Below, piece by piece: positions 1-8,996 of a stretch of DNA of 64,000 bases; the first letter of the stretch is position 1, and each line of letters begins with the position of its first letter. A program made the position numbers and the translations under genes. The notes under the pieces are model-generated. The model was not told the DNA's origin, made no database searches, and was given only the letters and a program-made list of their open reading frames with translations. The stretch is from assembly GCA_049320885.1 (NCBI GenBank), contig JBMORA010000014.1, positions 64,001 through 128,000 on the forward strand, read 5' to 3'. This DNA is from Thermodesulfobacteriota bacterium. GTDB lineage: Bacteria > Desulfobacterota > Desulfobacteria > Desulfobacterales > SURF-7.

Positions 1-210
1 ACGTACACCGCCACCTCCATTGACGGCGGCGTTGCCTGGATCAATGTCCCGGCGGGAGAATACCATATCACGGCCCAGAAGACCGGTGTCGCCTATGAAA
101 CCGTGACCTTCGACATCCGCGAGTCCGATGCGGACAAGGGCATTGTCCTGTATATCGCCTCGCCGCCGGATTCGATCCAGGGGGACAACGACTCCCCGCC
201 CGGGGAATAG
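1..210 (+). CDS. 3' end of a partial CDS, beta-sandwich-like (carboxypeptidase-regulatory-like) domain
   Basis: Frame 1 is open from base 1 to TAG 208-210: TYTATSIDGGVAWINVPAGEYHITAQKTG...; 'NVPAGEYHITAQKTG' resembles Cna/carboxypeptidase-regulatory repeats. Confidence 0.6.
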   Translation, partial: TYTATSIDGGVAWINVPAGEYHITAQKTGVAYETVTFDIRESDADKGIVLYIASPPDSIQGDNDSPPGE

Positions 211-312
211 GAATCCGGCGGATAAGCGGTCGATATCTATCTTAAGAGCCTGTAATTCCCGGGATCGAGGGTGCTAGTACTGCCATCCTTTTACGAACAC
301 TCACCGGGTCTT

Positions 313-366
313 TGCATCCGGTGGAAGGGGCGGACGACAGGTCCGCGGCCCTTCCACCTGGATGCA
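313..366. terminator. Long hairpin between convergent genes
   Basis: TGCATCC-GGTGGAAGGG (313-329) pairs with CCCTTCCACCTGGATGCA (349-366); inner CGGAC/GTCCG stem; no clear U-tract. Confidence 0.55.
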
Positions 367-374
367 GGCAGGCT

Positions 375-1940
375 TTACTTGAGCAGCACCGGCATACCCA
401 TGAGGGGCCAGATGAAATAACAGAAGAGTCCCAGAACCGTCATTAAAATCACACTGGGAATGCAGCCGTAGAGGAAAAATTCACCGGTGGAGAACTGCTT
501 GCTCTCATAGGCGATGGCATTGGGCGCGGCGCCGATCAGCAGGTTGAAGGGCATGCCGGCGGCGGCCAGGGAGGCGAAGAAGATGACATGGGGCGCCACT
601 CCCAGGTAATTGGCGATGATCAGGGAAACCGGCAAGGTGATGGCGATGGCCGCCACGTTCATGATGAAGTTGGTCATGCAGAGCACCAGAAAGGCGATGG
701 CCAGGACGAAGACCAGCCAGGGGGCGTGCTGGAACCAGCTCACCCAGCTCACCGCCATCCATTCGGCGGCCTTGGTGTCATAGAGGCAATAGCCGATGCT
801 CATGGCCCCGCCGAAGAGCAGGATGATGTTCCAGGGGATCCCTTCCATTTCCTCCACGCCGAGAACCTTCACGAGGAAGAAGATCAGGGTGGGCACCATC
901 ATGATGGCGGCCCGGTCCATGTTCTTGAAAAAGGGGATGGGCGAAAAGGATTTCATCATGAAGAGGCCCAGGACCAGGGCCACCATGGCGAGAACGATCT
1001 TCTCCTTCCCGTTTATGGGGCCGAGATCCTTGGCCAGGCCGGCGACCCGCTCCCGCAGGCCCTCGATGCGGGGTTTTTCCGGCTTGAAGAAGAAGATCAC
1101 GATGAGCCAGATGAGAAACACCATGAGCAGGCCCACGGGAAGATTATAATAGGTGAACTCGAAGAAGCCGATTTCCTGGCCGCCGGTGAATTTTTTGAAC
1201 ATGCCGGCGCCGGCCACGCCGCGGGCCGAGCCGAGGAAGGTGATGATGGAGCCGGCGCCGGCGGTCCAGGCCATGCCGATGAACAACCCCTTGCCGAATT
1301 TGGTTGGCTGGTCGGAGTCCGTATAAAGGGAATGAATGGCCAGCAGGAGGGGGAACAAGGCCGCCGCCACGGCGGTGTGGGCCATGAGCAGGGTCATGCC
1401 GGCGACAATGAGAAAGGTGCCCAGCAGGATGAAGTTCGTGTTTTCGCCAACAATGCCCAGCATCTTGTAAGCCATGCGCTTGGTGAGACCCGAATGGGCA
1501 AAGGCCAGGCCCATGACCACGGATCCGAAGATGAACCAGACCGAGGGATCGAAGAAATCCTTCAGGGCCTGGTCCGAGGTCCGGATGGCGAAGATCACCT
1601 GGAACAGGCCGATGCCGATGGCCGTGGCGCCGATGGGCATGACCTCGAAAATCCACCAGACCGCAGCCATCAGGAAGAGCCCGATGGCCATGCGGCCCTG
1701 GGACGGCAACGGAAAATGTTTGCCGGCAGGATCCACGGCGTCCGGCAGGTCGCTCATGAAATAGAAGGTAAAGAAAAAGACCAGTCCCAACAGAATGAAA
1801 AAGACTCTCTTCCAATTGATATCCGCCATCCAGGAGGATGAAAGCGTTTTTTCGGATACGGAGCCACTGCCCGCATCCGCCGATATCGCGTTCACATTTT
1901 GCGCCATTGCTGATAACTCCTTTCGTTCGATCCTATTCAA
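375..1940 (-). CDS. SLC13/DASS family (Na+:sulfate/dicarboxylate) transporter
   Basis: Many TM segments; WWIFEVMPIGATA, IPWNIILLFGG, TNFIMNVA and AAPNAIAY motifs typical of DASS; start may be the downstream ATG (MAQNV). Confidence 0.85.
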   Translation of the reverse strand: MNRIERKELSAMAQNVNAISADAGSGSVSEKTLSSSWMADINWKRVFFILLGLVFFFTFYFMSDLPDAVDPAGKHFPLPSQGRMAIGLFLMAAVWWIFEVMPIGATAIGIGLFQVIFAIRTSDQALKDFFDPSVWFIFGSVVMGLAFAHSGLTKRMAYKMLGIVGENTNFILLGTFLIVAGMTLLMAHTAVAAALFPLLLAIHSLYTDSDQPTKFGKGLFIGMAWTAGAGSIITFLGSARGVAGAGMFKKFTGGQEIGFFEFTYYNLPVGLLMVFLIWLIVIFFFKPEKPRIEGLRERVAGLAKDLGPINGKEKIVLAMVALVLGLFMMKSFSPIPFFKNMDRAAIMMVPTLIFFLVKVLGVEEMEGIPWNIILLFGGAMSIGYCLYDTKAAEWMAVSWVSWFQHAPWLVFVLAIAFLVLCMTNFIMNVAAIAITLPVSLIIANYLGVAPHVIFFASLAAAGMPFNLLIGAAPNAIAYESKQFSTGEFFLYGCIPSVILMTVLGLFCYFIWPLMGMPVLLK

Positions 1941-2036
1941 TCAAGTGCTGGGTTGATCGTCGCGTGGCGACGGTCTTCCCGGGTATCATCGTTTTCATAA
2001 ACCAATAACCTGTTTCAGGGGGCCGCCTGGAGCGGA

Positions 2037-2591
2037 TCAAAGCCGACAGGCTTTCATCCGTTCGCAGATCTCATGGAACACATCGCTCTGCCGCAGAATC
2101 CCCACCACGGAAGCCCCTTTTTTGACCAGCAAGGAGGCAAAGCGGCCCATGACCATCTGGTGCAGGGCCTGATCCAGGGAGGCGTCCTCCTGGATGAATT
2201 CCAGGGGTGAGAGCGAGTGCATGATTTCCCGGACGTTGATTCCGGCGGCCTTCTGGCACAGATTTTCCAGGGGCTTCTGCCACAGCCCGAAATTGTCGAT
2301 CATGGAGCGCAGAAATTCCGGGCTGAAGCCGTACCGGGAGGATTCCCGGATGTCCCCGATTTGTTTGTAGCGGGGTTCCAGAGCCCAGAGCACGGCCCAC
2401 TGATCGATCTTGCCGGTCACATGTCCCCGGCTGTCCAGCACCAGAACGGCCCGGTGCTTTTCCCGTCCTTGTTCCACATGGGCCTGGGCCTTCTCCAGGG
2501 CAAGGACCGCCTCGTTCAGGGTGACATCCTCCGAAACCGTGGCGTATTCGGCGATGGGCACCATCAAGTCTCCAGCTTTGATTGTCTGCAT
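2037..2591 (-). CDS. CBS-pair domain protein
   Basis: IKAGDLMVP...ATVSEDVTLNEAV; VREIM...EDASLDQALHQM...VVGILRQSDVF. Confidence 0.85.
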   Translation of the reverse strand: MQTIKAGDLMVPIAEYATVSEDVTLNEAVLALEKAQAHVEQGREKHRAVLVLDSRGHVTGKIDQWAVLWALEPRYKQIGDIRESSRYGFSPEFLRSMIDNFGLWQKPLENLCQKAAGINVREIMHSLSPLEFIQEDASLDQALHQMVMGRFASLLVKKGASVVGILRQSDVFHEICERMKACRL

Positions 2592-2651
2592 ATCTTCTCC
2601 TTATTGAAAGCGTCATTCATAAACCGCAACCAGACTTTCCATCCGGCCTGA

Positions 2652-3083
2652 TCAATCCCAGCCCTTCCGCATCAGGATGTTGTCGATATGGGCCTGCCGG
2701 ATGCGGGCCTCCTGCTCGGCCTTGCGGGTATAGGCCAGGACGATCTTTTCAATGAGTTCCTTGGTGTCGGCCGGCTTCCGGAGATAATCGAAGGCGCCGC
2801 GCTTGAGTCCCTCGATGGCTGTCTCCACGGTGGCGTTTCCGGTCAGCATGATCACTTCCACCAGGGGCTTGGCCTTTTTCATTTCGAGCAGCGCCGTGAT
2901 CCCGTCCTTTCCCGGCATGAGCACATCCAGGATCACCACGTCCACTTCCGTCTTGGCGATCCGATCGAGGGCCGCGTCGGCCGAGTCGGCCTTTAGCACC
3001 TCGAAATCCCTGACCTCCAGTCGTTCGGCCAAGGCGTCGACGAATTCCTGCTCGTCGTCCACCAGCAATACCTTTATTTTCAT
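2652..3083 (-). CDS. Single-domain response regulator (receiver)
   Basis: VLLVDDE, VILDVLMP, MLTG and RKP motifs intact; AGGAGA RBS upstream of ATG 3083. Confidence 0.9.
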   Translation of the reverse strand: MKIKVLLVDDEQEFVDALAERLEVRDFEVLKADSADAALDRIAKTEVDVVILDVLMPGKDGITALLEMKKAKPLVEVIMLTGNATVETAIEGLKRGAFDYLRKPADTKELIEKIVLAYTRKAEQEARIRQAHIDNILMRKGWD

Positions 3084-3174
3084 GAACCCTTCTCCTTGTC
3101 TATATGGTTTGATTTGGTCGGACCCTCTGCGGGTCCGAGACATATCGATATCTCGCTGCATGCTTCCAGCCTTT

Positions 3175-3636
3175 TTATTGGTCGCCCGGTCCCGGCAGCC
3201 GGGTTTCGGAGCGGGAAGCCTGTTTGCCTGCAGTGGTTTCCCTGCGCCTGTCTTTCAAGCGCGTTTTTCTTTTTTTATGCGCCTCCCGGATGCGGTCGGC
3301 CAGGACCTGGATGTCGATGGGCAGCAGGAGATCGTCGAAAGCCCCCAGCTGCATCGCCTTGATACCTCCGTCGAAGGAATGCTCCTCCGCAGCTGTCAGC
3401 AAAATCACTTCGGAATACGGGCGCACCTCCCGGATCGTTTTGAGAAAGGCCAGGCGGTTCTGGCTGGGGCCGGTAGCGCCCAGCAGAATCACATCCGGGT
3501 CGTCCCGATGCAGGATATCGCTGGCCTCGGATTCAAGCGATGTCTCCAAAACCGTGTGGTTTTCAAGGCGCATGCGCTCCACAAGTCGGCTGCGGAAAAA
3601 ATCATCGGGGTGCAGGATCAGCAGTTTCATTCTCAT
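3175..3636 (-). CDS. Atypical (pseudo-)receiver domain protein
   Basis: Receiver-fold pattern (EVILLT...AMQLGAFD) but DVILLG in place of the phospho-Asp and LLLP in place of xKP. Confidence 0.75.
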   Translation of the reverse strand: MRMKLLILHPDDFFRSRLVERMRLENHTVLETSLESEASDILHRDDPDVILLGATGPSQNRLAFLKTIREVRPYSEVILLTAAEEHSFDGGIKAMQLGAFDDLLLPIDIQVLADRIREAHKKRKTRLKDRRRETTAGKQASRSETRLPGPGDQ

Positions 3637-3795
3637 CTATGGCTATTGTCTATGGCTATTATCCGTCCATTCGGGTGGAAGCGGAGGCTACGCATCCGGG
3701 CATCGCTCCACCACCTTCTTTCCATCGCCGCAAACCGTTTTCTGGGGTGTTCCACCTGTTCACGAAATGCCGGTTTTGACGGTTATCCTGCATTG

Positions 3796-3812
3796 AGCAA
3801 CAACCGTGCCGA
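3796..3812 (-). promoter_or_regulatory. Sigma-54 (-24/-12) promoter for the receiver-CBS-DASS operon
   Basis: Minus strand TCGGCACGGTTGTTGCT: GG-N10-GC, close to the YTGGCACGNNNNTTGCW consensus; divergent from a sigma-54 activator gene. Confidence 0.7.
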
Positions 3813-3895
3813 AGGGTTGATCGATAGATATTTGAATGGGTTATAGAAATACTTGCCAACCGAAGAGAATTCTGATAGAACAAATAAAAACATAA

Positions 3896-3933
3896 TGATA
3901 CAATATTGATACACTATGAAACATTATGATGCA
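3896..3933. repeat. Four helically phased TG-N3-CA heptamers (candidate activator binding sites)
   Basis: TGATACA 3896, TGATACA 3907, TGAAACA 3917, TGATGCA 3927. Confidence 0.55.
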
Positions 3934-4034
3934 TTTATCTGGCTACGGCAGCCGAAAGCCTTGCTTTCAGCCAGGATGCCGCGGAGAAGAGTCGCTTTCG
4001 TCCATGGCGGAAAGAATCGGAAAATGAGGAATCC

Positions 4035-5534
4035 ATGCGTGAAGAACTAGCCCATAACGGACGGTTACCAGGGACCGGTGCGCTGGATGTATCGGCGGCC
4101 CTGCCTTTCATTGTTGACGAGCTTCCGCTGGGTATCGTGGCCATGGATTGTGAGCGCCGGGTGGTTCTGTTGAACCGCTCCATGGAAGCCTTGACCGGTT
4201 TTGATCGAAGAGCGGCCAGCGCCATCGCCTGCCGGCATATCATCCGGGGGGATTTCTGCATGGGGAAATGCCCGGTCCACAGCATCAGCCAGGGTTCGGG
4301 CATGATGTGCGTCGAAGGCAACATCATCAATCGGGAACGCCAAAAGATTCCGGTGCGGGTAACCTTCACCCCCATCCGGGATTCAGGGGGCCGTCTGATG
4401 GGATTTTTCGAAACCTTCGAGGATATCCGGATACTGGCGGCAAACAAAGGTAAAACGTCCGAAGCCTATTCCTTCGGGCAGCTGGTCGGCAGAAGCCCGC
4501 AGATGGAGCAAATCTACCGATTCCTGCCCATGATCGCCCAGTCCGATTCATCGGTGCTGCTCACGGGTGAAACCGGTACCGGGAAAGACCTGGTTGCCGA
4601 AGCCATCCACCAGAATTCTTCCCGGGCCAAAGGACCCTTCATCAAAGTCAATTGCGGTGCCCTGCCCGCCACGCTTCTGGAATCCGAACTGTTCGGCCAC
4701 CAAAAAGGTGCCTTTACCGGTGCGGTGGAGAGCAAGCCCGGCCGATTCCGGCTGGCCCATAACGGGACCCTTTTTCTGGCCGAGATCGGTGACCTGCCGC
4801 TGACGCTGCAGGTGAAACTGCTGACCTTTCTGGACGACCGGGTCGTCCATCCGTTGGGCAGCACCAAGGGGCTTCTGTGCGATGTGCGAGTGATCGCCGC
4901 AACCCATCGGGACCTTGAACAAATGGTCCGGGAAGGAACATTCCGGGAGGATCTGCTTTTCCGGCTGAACGTCATCCGCCTGCAATTGCCCTCCCTGCGG
5001 GAACGGAGAAACGACATCCAATTGCTGCTGGATCATTTCCTTCAGACGTTTTCCACCCGATATAAAAAACCGATCCGGGCGTTTTCCGCCAATGCCTTGC
5101 GGATTCTTCTCAATTACGCCTATCCCGGGAATGTGCGGGAGCTGAAAAACATCGTCGAATATGCCGCGAACGTCTGCCAGGAAAACCAGATCCGTTCCGA
5201 ACATCTTCCGGCCTACCTTATCCGTCCGATTACAGCGGAGCAGGCTTCGGCGGACGGAATCGGGGCGGCAGGCGGATCCGGCGGGCGGATCCAGCCGGAA
5301 GGAAAGAGCGATGATTCCGACCGCGCCACCCGGGAGCGAAAAATCATCATCGACGCAATCCGCAACGCGCGAAAGGATGAACAGGACGGACTGGAATGGC
5401 CGGAAATCGAGCGGAAAATGATCGTCGATGCCATTGTCAAGGCCCAGGGCCGGCGGAACCGGGCGGCCGGCTTTCTTGGCTGGAGCCGGAGCAAGCTGTA
5501 CCGGAAAATGCTCCAACACGGAATCGGAGCATGA
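4035..5534 (+). CDS. PAS-domain sigma-54-dependent activator (bEBP), OrpR-like
   Basis: PAS with CX8CX3C, Walker A GETGTGKD, GAFTGA, FREDLLFRL, YPGNVREL and C-terminal Fis-type HTH. Confidence 0.9.
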   Translation: MREELAHNGRLPGTGALDVSAALPFIVDELPLGIVAMDCERRVVLLNRSMEALTGFDRRAASAIACRHIIRGDFCMGKCPVHSISQGSGMMCVEGNIINRERQKIPVRVTFTPIRDSGGRLMGFFETFEDIRILAANKGKTSEAYSFGQLVGRSPQMEQIYRFLPMIAQSDSSVLLTGETGTGKDLVAEAIHQNSSRAKGPFIKVNCGALPATLLESELFGHQKGAFTGAVESKPGRFRLAHNGTLFLAEIGDLPLTLQVKLLTFLDDRVVHPLGSTKGLLCDVRVIAATHRDLEQMVREGTFREDLLFRLNVIRLQLPSLRERRNDIQLLLDHFLQTFSTRYKKPIRAFSANALRILLNYAYPGNVRELKNIVEYAANVCQENQIRSEHLPAYLIRPITAEQASADGIGAAGGSGGRIQPEGKSDDSDRATRERKIIIDAIRNARKDEQDGLEWPEIERKMIVDAIVKAQGRRNRAAGFLGWSRSKLYRKMLQHGIGA

Positions 5535-5586
5535 GACCATCCGGTTTTCATAAACAGAACCGGGATTCCGGACCCAGAGACAGGAG

Positions 5587-5946
5587 ATGTCCATGTCGAC
5601 AAAGGTGCTGATTTGCCTGTATGGAAACGAGGTCAGCCCCCGTTTCGATCTGGCCAGAGAGGTTTTGATCGCCAATATTGATCGAAATGCGGCGGTTCGG
5701 AAGGAAAAAGAGGTGGTCCTGCCCCAGGCGTCGGTGGAGATCCTCTGCCACATGATTTTCAATGAAGGGATTCAGATCGTCGTCTGCGGCGGAATTGAAG
5801 AGGAGTTATATCAATATCTCCAATGGAAGAACGTGAAAGTGCTGGATTCGGTTATCGGCGATGGTCAGGCAGTCCTCCAGCGACTGGCCGGCGGAATGCT
5901 GCGGGCCGGGGATATTGTAAACGGCGACGACGGAAAGACCGGTTAA
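5587..5946 (+). CDS. NifB/NifX-family (FeMo-co biosynthesis domain / Orp-like) small protein
   Basis: VSPRFD and VVCGGI motifs; AGGAG RBS. Confidence 0.75.
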   Translation: MSMSTKVLICLYGNEVSPRFDLAREVLIANIDRNAAVRKEKEVVLPQASVEILCHMIFNEGIQIVVCGGIEEELYQYLQWKNVKVLDSVIGDGQAVLQRLAGGMLRAGDIVNGDDGKTG

Positions 5947-6018
5947 AGCGGTTCGCAGGACGACCGCAACCGGTCCGGCAGGAAAACCGAAGGCCGATTT
6001 TTTTGATACCGTCACGCG

Positions 6019-6594
6019 TTACGCATGAATTTTCTTGAGGATCCAGGCCATGTTCTTTCCCAGGTTCGCCATGGTCTGGATTCCTTCGGCGTCGTCCTTC
6101 ACGTCGCCGATTTCTCTTCCCCTGCCGATGTTCCAGTAATTTGAACCGGGAATAATCATCTGGGCAATCAGAAAGAAAAAATTCAGGGAGTCGAATGCAT
6201 GGGAGGCTCCGGCCCGCCGGACAGCCACGACGCCCGCCCCGATTTTCCGCTTGAACAAATCACCGTTCGCCCGGGAAACCATGCCGCACCTTTCGATCAG
6301 GGCTTTCATATTCGCCGACACGTCGGCGAAGTAGGTGGGCGATCCCAGGATGATCCCGTCGGCTTCGATCATTTTGTCGATGTAAGCGTTCATTTCATCT
6401 TTTTCCAGCTGGCAATGCCGGTTCTTTTTTTCAAAACATTTATAGCAGGCAATGCATCCCTGCAGGTTCTGCCCGGCCAGTTGGATCATTTCGGTCTCGA
6501 TTCCTTCGCTGTTCAGTTCATCGAGAACGGTCTGGATCAGAATCGATGTGTTTCCATTCTTCCGCGAGCTTCCGCAAAAGGCGACAACTTTCAT
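6019..6594 (-). CDS. Iron-sulfur flavoprotein / NADPH-dependent FMN reductase family
   Basis: GSSRKNGNT, CIACYKC-x6-C, GSPTYF; AGGAGG RBS. Confidence 0.85.
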   Translation of the reverse strand: MKVVAFCGSSRKNGNTSILIQTVLDELNSEGIETEMIQLAGQNLQGCIACYKCFEKKNRHCQLEKDEMNAYIDKMIEADGIILGSPTYFADVSANMKALIERCGMVSRANGDLFKRKIGAGVVAVRRAGASHAFDSLNFFFLIAQMIIPGSNYWNIGRGREIGDVKDDAEGIQTMANLGKNMAWILKKIHA

Positions 6595-6614
6595 GAATCC
6601 CACCTCCTTTTTTG

Positions 6615-6652
6615 AAAAAAAGAAGGGAACCCTTCCGCAGGATTCCCTTCTT
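6615..6652 (-). terminator. Rho-independent terminator of sat
   Basis: AAGAAGGGAA...TTCCCTTCTT stem followed by a T-run on the minus strand. Confidence 0.75.
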
Positions 6653-6685
6653 GGTGATGCTCTTCAAACAGCGACGGCCGGACGG

Positions 6686-7963
6686 TTATTTCTGTCCGGT
6701 GGCTGCCGAGTGGGTTTTGATTTCGACCTTTTCTTCCAGGCCGGCATAGTACTCGCGCAGAATGTCGAGAACTTCCTCGCGACCGAAATGATCGGCAATC
6801 GGAGTGCCTTCCGAAAGGCCCTTGCGCAGCATGGTGCCGGAGAGCAGAACGCGGTCTTCCTTGCCGTGGGGGCAGGTTCTGAGGGAAGCCATGCCGTCGC
6901 ATTTCTTGCAATAGAAGGTCCAGTCGATCTTCAGCGGGGTGCAGAGCAGTCTTTTCCCGGGATCGGAGGAAGTCGGAATCTTGTCGAAAATGGTCTGGGC
7001 TTCGAACATGCCGTAAAAATCACCGACACCGGCATGGTCGCGGCCGATGATCATGCGGGAGCAGCCGTAGTTCTGACGGAAAGTGGCGTGCAGCAGCGCT
7101 TCGCGCGGACCGGCATACCGCATATCCAGGGGATAACCGCCCTGAACCACGTTCTTTTCGATGAAGTATTTTTTTACCAGGACGTCGATGCATTTGACGC
7201 GGACTTCGGCGGGAATGTCACCCGGTTTCAGATTGCCGACCAGGGAGTGAATGAAGACGCCGTCGCAGACTTCCACGGCGATTTTGGCCAGATATTCATG
7301 GGAACGGTGCATGGGGTTGCGGAGCTGCAGGGCCGCGATTTCGCTCCAGCCTCTTTCCTCGAAGATCTTGCGGGATTCCGCCGGCCGCTGGTAAATACCG
7401 GCGTATTTGCTCGGGTATTCGGCTTCGGAAAGAACCTTGACCGTTCCGGCAAGGTTGATTTCTTTCTGTTCCATGACCATCTGGACGCCGGGGTGATCGT
7501 TCTTGGCGATTTTCCAGAATTCATCGGCGGTCTTGGTGCCTTCGCCCATGAAAATCTTTTCGCATTCGTATTTTTTGTCGGCGTCGCTCATGGCCCATTT
7601 TTCGGTGACTTTCATGGTGGCCATGAGTTCATTGGTCTTGCCGTCGACCAGGGCGATCTCTTCGCCTTCCTTGATGGCGTCGGCGTCGGCTTTGGTTACA
7701 TCCAGGGTCACCGGAACCGGCCAGAAGGTGCCGTCGGCCAGCTGGAATTTTTCGCAAACGCCTTTCCAGTCCGCTTTGGTCATGAAGCCGGTCAGGGGGC
7801 TGAAACCGCCGATGCCGATCATGATCAGGTCGCCTTTAACACGCGGGGAAATAGCGACTTTCTTCAGGCCCGCGGCTTTTTTCTTTTCCGCTTCCAATGC
7901 CGAGCCTTCCAGAAGGCAAATGGTTAATCCTTTTCCGCCATGCGGTGGTACTAATTTCGACAT
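6686..7963 (-). CDS. sat: Sulfate adenylyltransferase (ATP sulfurylase)
   Basis: [54 protein letters not shown] and Zn site CxxC..CPH. Confidence 0.97.
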   Translation of the reverse strand: MSKLVPPHGGKGLTICLLEGSALEAEKKKAAGLKKVAISPRVKGDLIMIGIGGFSPLTGFMTKADWKGVCEKFQLADGTFWPVPVTLDVTKADADAIKEGEEIALVDGKTNELMATMKVTEKWAMSDADKKYECEKIFMGEGTKTADEFWKIAKNDHPGVQMVMEQKEINLAGTVKVLSEAEYPSKYAGIYQRPAESRKIFEERGWSEIAALQLRNPMHRSHEYLAKIAVEVCDGVFIHSLVGNLKPGDIPAEVRVKCIDVLVKKYFIEKNVVQGGYPLDMRYAGPREALLHATFRQNYGCSRMIIGRDHAGVGDFYGMFEAQTIFDKIPTSSDPGKRLLCTPLKIDWTFYCKKCDGMASLRTCPHGKEDRVLLSGTMLRKGLSEGTPIADHFGREEVLDILREYYAGLEEKVEIKTHSAATGQK

Positions 7964-8050
7964 AATGTTCATTCTCCTTTTCGATGGGTTATTCTCTCGA
8001 TGGGATATTTTCATACCATCATTTCGGTTTTGTTTGCAATTAAAGGGTGG

Positions 8051-8079
8051 AGATTAATAGGGATTTACATGTTTGTCAA
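8051..8079 (-). promoter_or_regulatory. Sigma-70-type promoter for sat
   Basis: Minus strand TTGACA-17bp-TAATCT. Confidence 0.5.
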
Positions 8080-8211
8080 GACTAATCGGCGGATCCTTGA
8101 AAATACTTGTCTTTCCGGTTATTTTCAGTTAGGGATATCCATAATGAACCGACCGGGCAGATGCTCTGCCGGGTTCGGAATGAATGGGGGAAATGGAACA
8201 CAGGGGGAAAA

Positions 8212-8436
8212 ATGAGCGATAGTGTCTATAAGATCATCGAATTGGTTGGAACCAGCAAGCATTCCTGGGAAGAGGCTGCCGCCAATGCGGTGGAGACGGC
8301 AAGCAAGACGTTGATCAACATGCGGATCGCCGAAGTGACCAAACTTGACATGAAAATCGAGGACGGAAAAGTGGCGGCTTACCGGGCGCGGATTACGTTG
8401 TCGATTAAATACGACCGGGATATCAACAAATGGTAG
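8212..8436 (+). CDS. Dodecin-family protein (copy 1)
   Basis: SVYKIIELVGTS..SWEEAAANAV...YRARITLSIK. Confidence 0.85.
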   Translation: MSDSVYKIIELVGTSKHSWEEAAANAVETASKTLINMRIAEVTKLDMKIEDGKVAAYRARITLSIKYDRDINKW

Positions 8437-8500
8437 CGCCGGCAGGATCAACCGGGCATCGCTGACAAACCGTCGTTGACCAGCATTGACCCGAGAATTC

Positions 8501-8528
8501 GAAGCCCGGCGGCCATCCTCCGGGCTTC
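8501..8528 (+). terminator. Hairpin downstream of dodecin
   Basis: GAAGCCCGG/CCGGGCTTC 9-bp stem with a weak U-tract. Confidence 0.4.
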
Positions 8529-8638
8529 CCTATTTCATCAATCGATTTCATAATTGATCCATCCGGATGCTGAACCCCCGGAAATCGACAGGTATCGCCT
8601 GCAACGACACGCGGTTACCGTAATAAGAGGATGGTTCC

Positions 8639-8956
8639 ATGATTGAAATTACCAAAAATGAGGATCATATCCTGGTAAAACCGGGCCGGGATTTGGTGGC
8701 GTCGATGGTCTCCGGCTTTTCAGAGCAGATTAAAACCCTGATGGCGGAATCGCCGAAGATGATCGTCATCGATCTGACCGGCGTCCGTATCGTCGATTCT
8801 CTGGGTATGGGTGTGTTGATCTCCACTCACAACCATTTGACCAAGGCCGGCAGCTCGCTGAAGGTGATCAATACGCCGCCGGACATCTATGAGGCCTTTG
8901 TCATTATGCGCCTGGATCATCATTTTACCATCGAGCCCCTTTCATGCCCGGATTGA
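8639..8956 (+). CDS. STAS-domain anti-sigma-factor antagonist
   Basis: IVIDLTGVRIVDSLGMGVL with the phospho-acceptor Ser. Confidence 0.85.
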   Translation: MIEITKNEDHILVKPGRDLVASMVSGFSEQIKTLMAESPKMIVIDLTGVRIVDSLGMGVLISTHNHLTKAGSSLKVINTPPDIYEAFVIMRLDHHFTIEPLSCPD

Positions 8957-8996
8957 CGTGCAACAGCGGGTGGCTGGGCCGCAAAGCCGGTGAATA

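Noticed and set aside
588..1841. 417-aa plus-strand ORF
   Set aside because: Antisense shadow of the GC3-rich DASS transporter gene; no motifs
2803..5762. Long overlapping ORFs 2803-3846 (+) and 4548-5762 (-)
   Set aside because: They lie opposite well-supported receiver and bEBP genes and have no recognisable domains
6452..7927. 491-aa plus-strand ORF
   Set aside because: Antisense shadow of sat
7999..8020. Rex box upstream of sat
   Set aside because: Only one half-site resembles TTGTGAA-N4-TTCACAA
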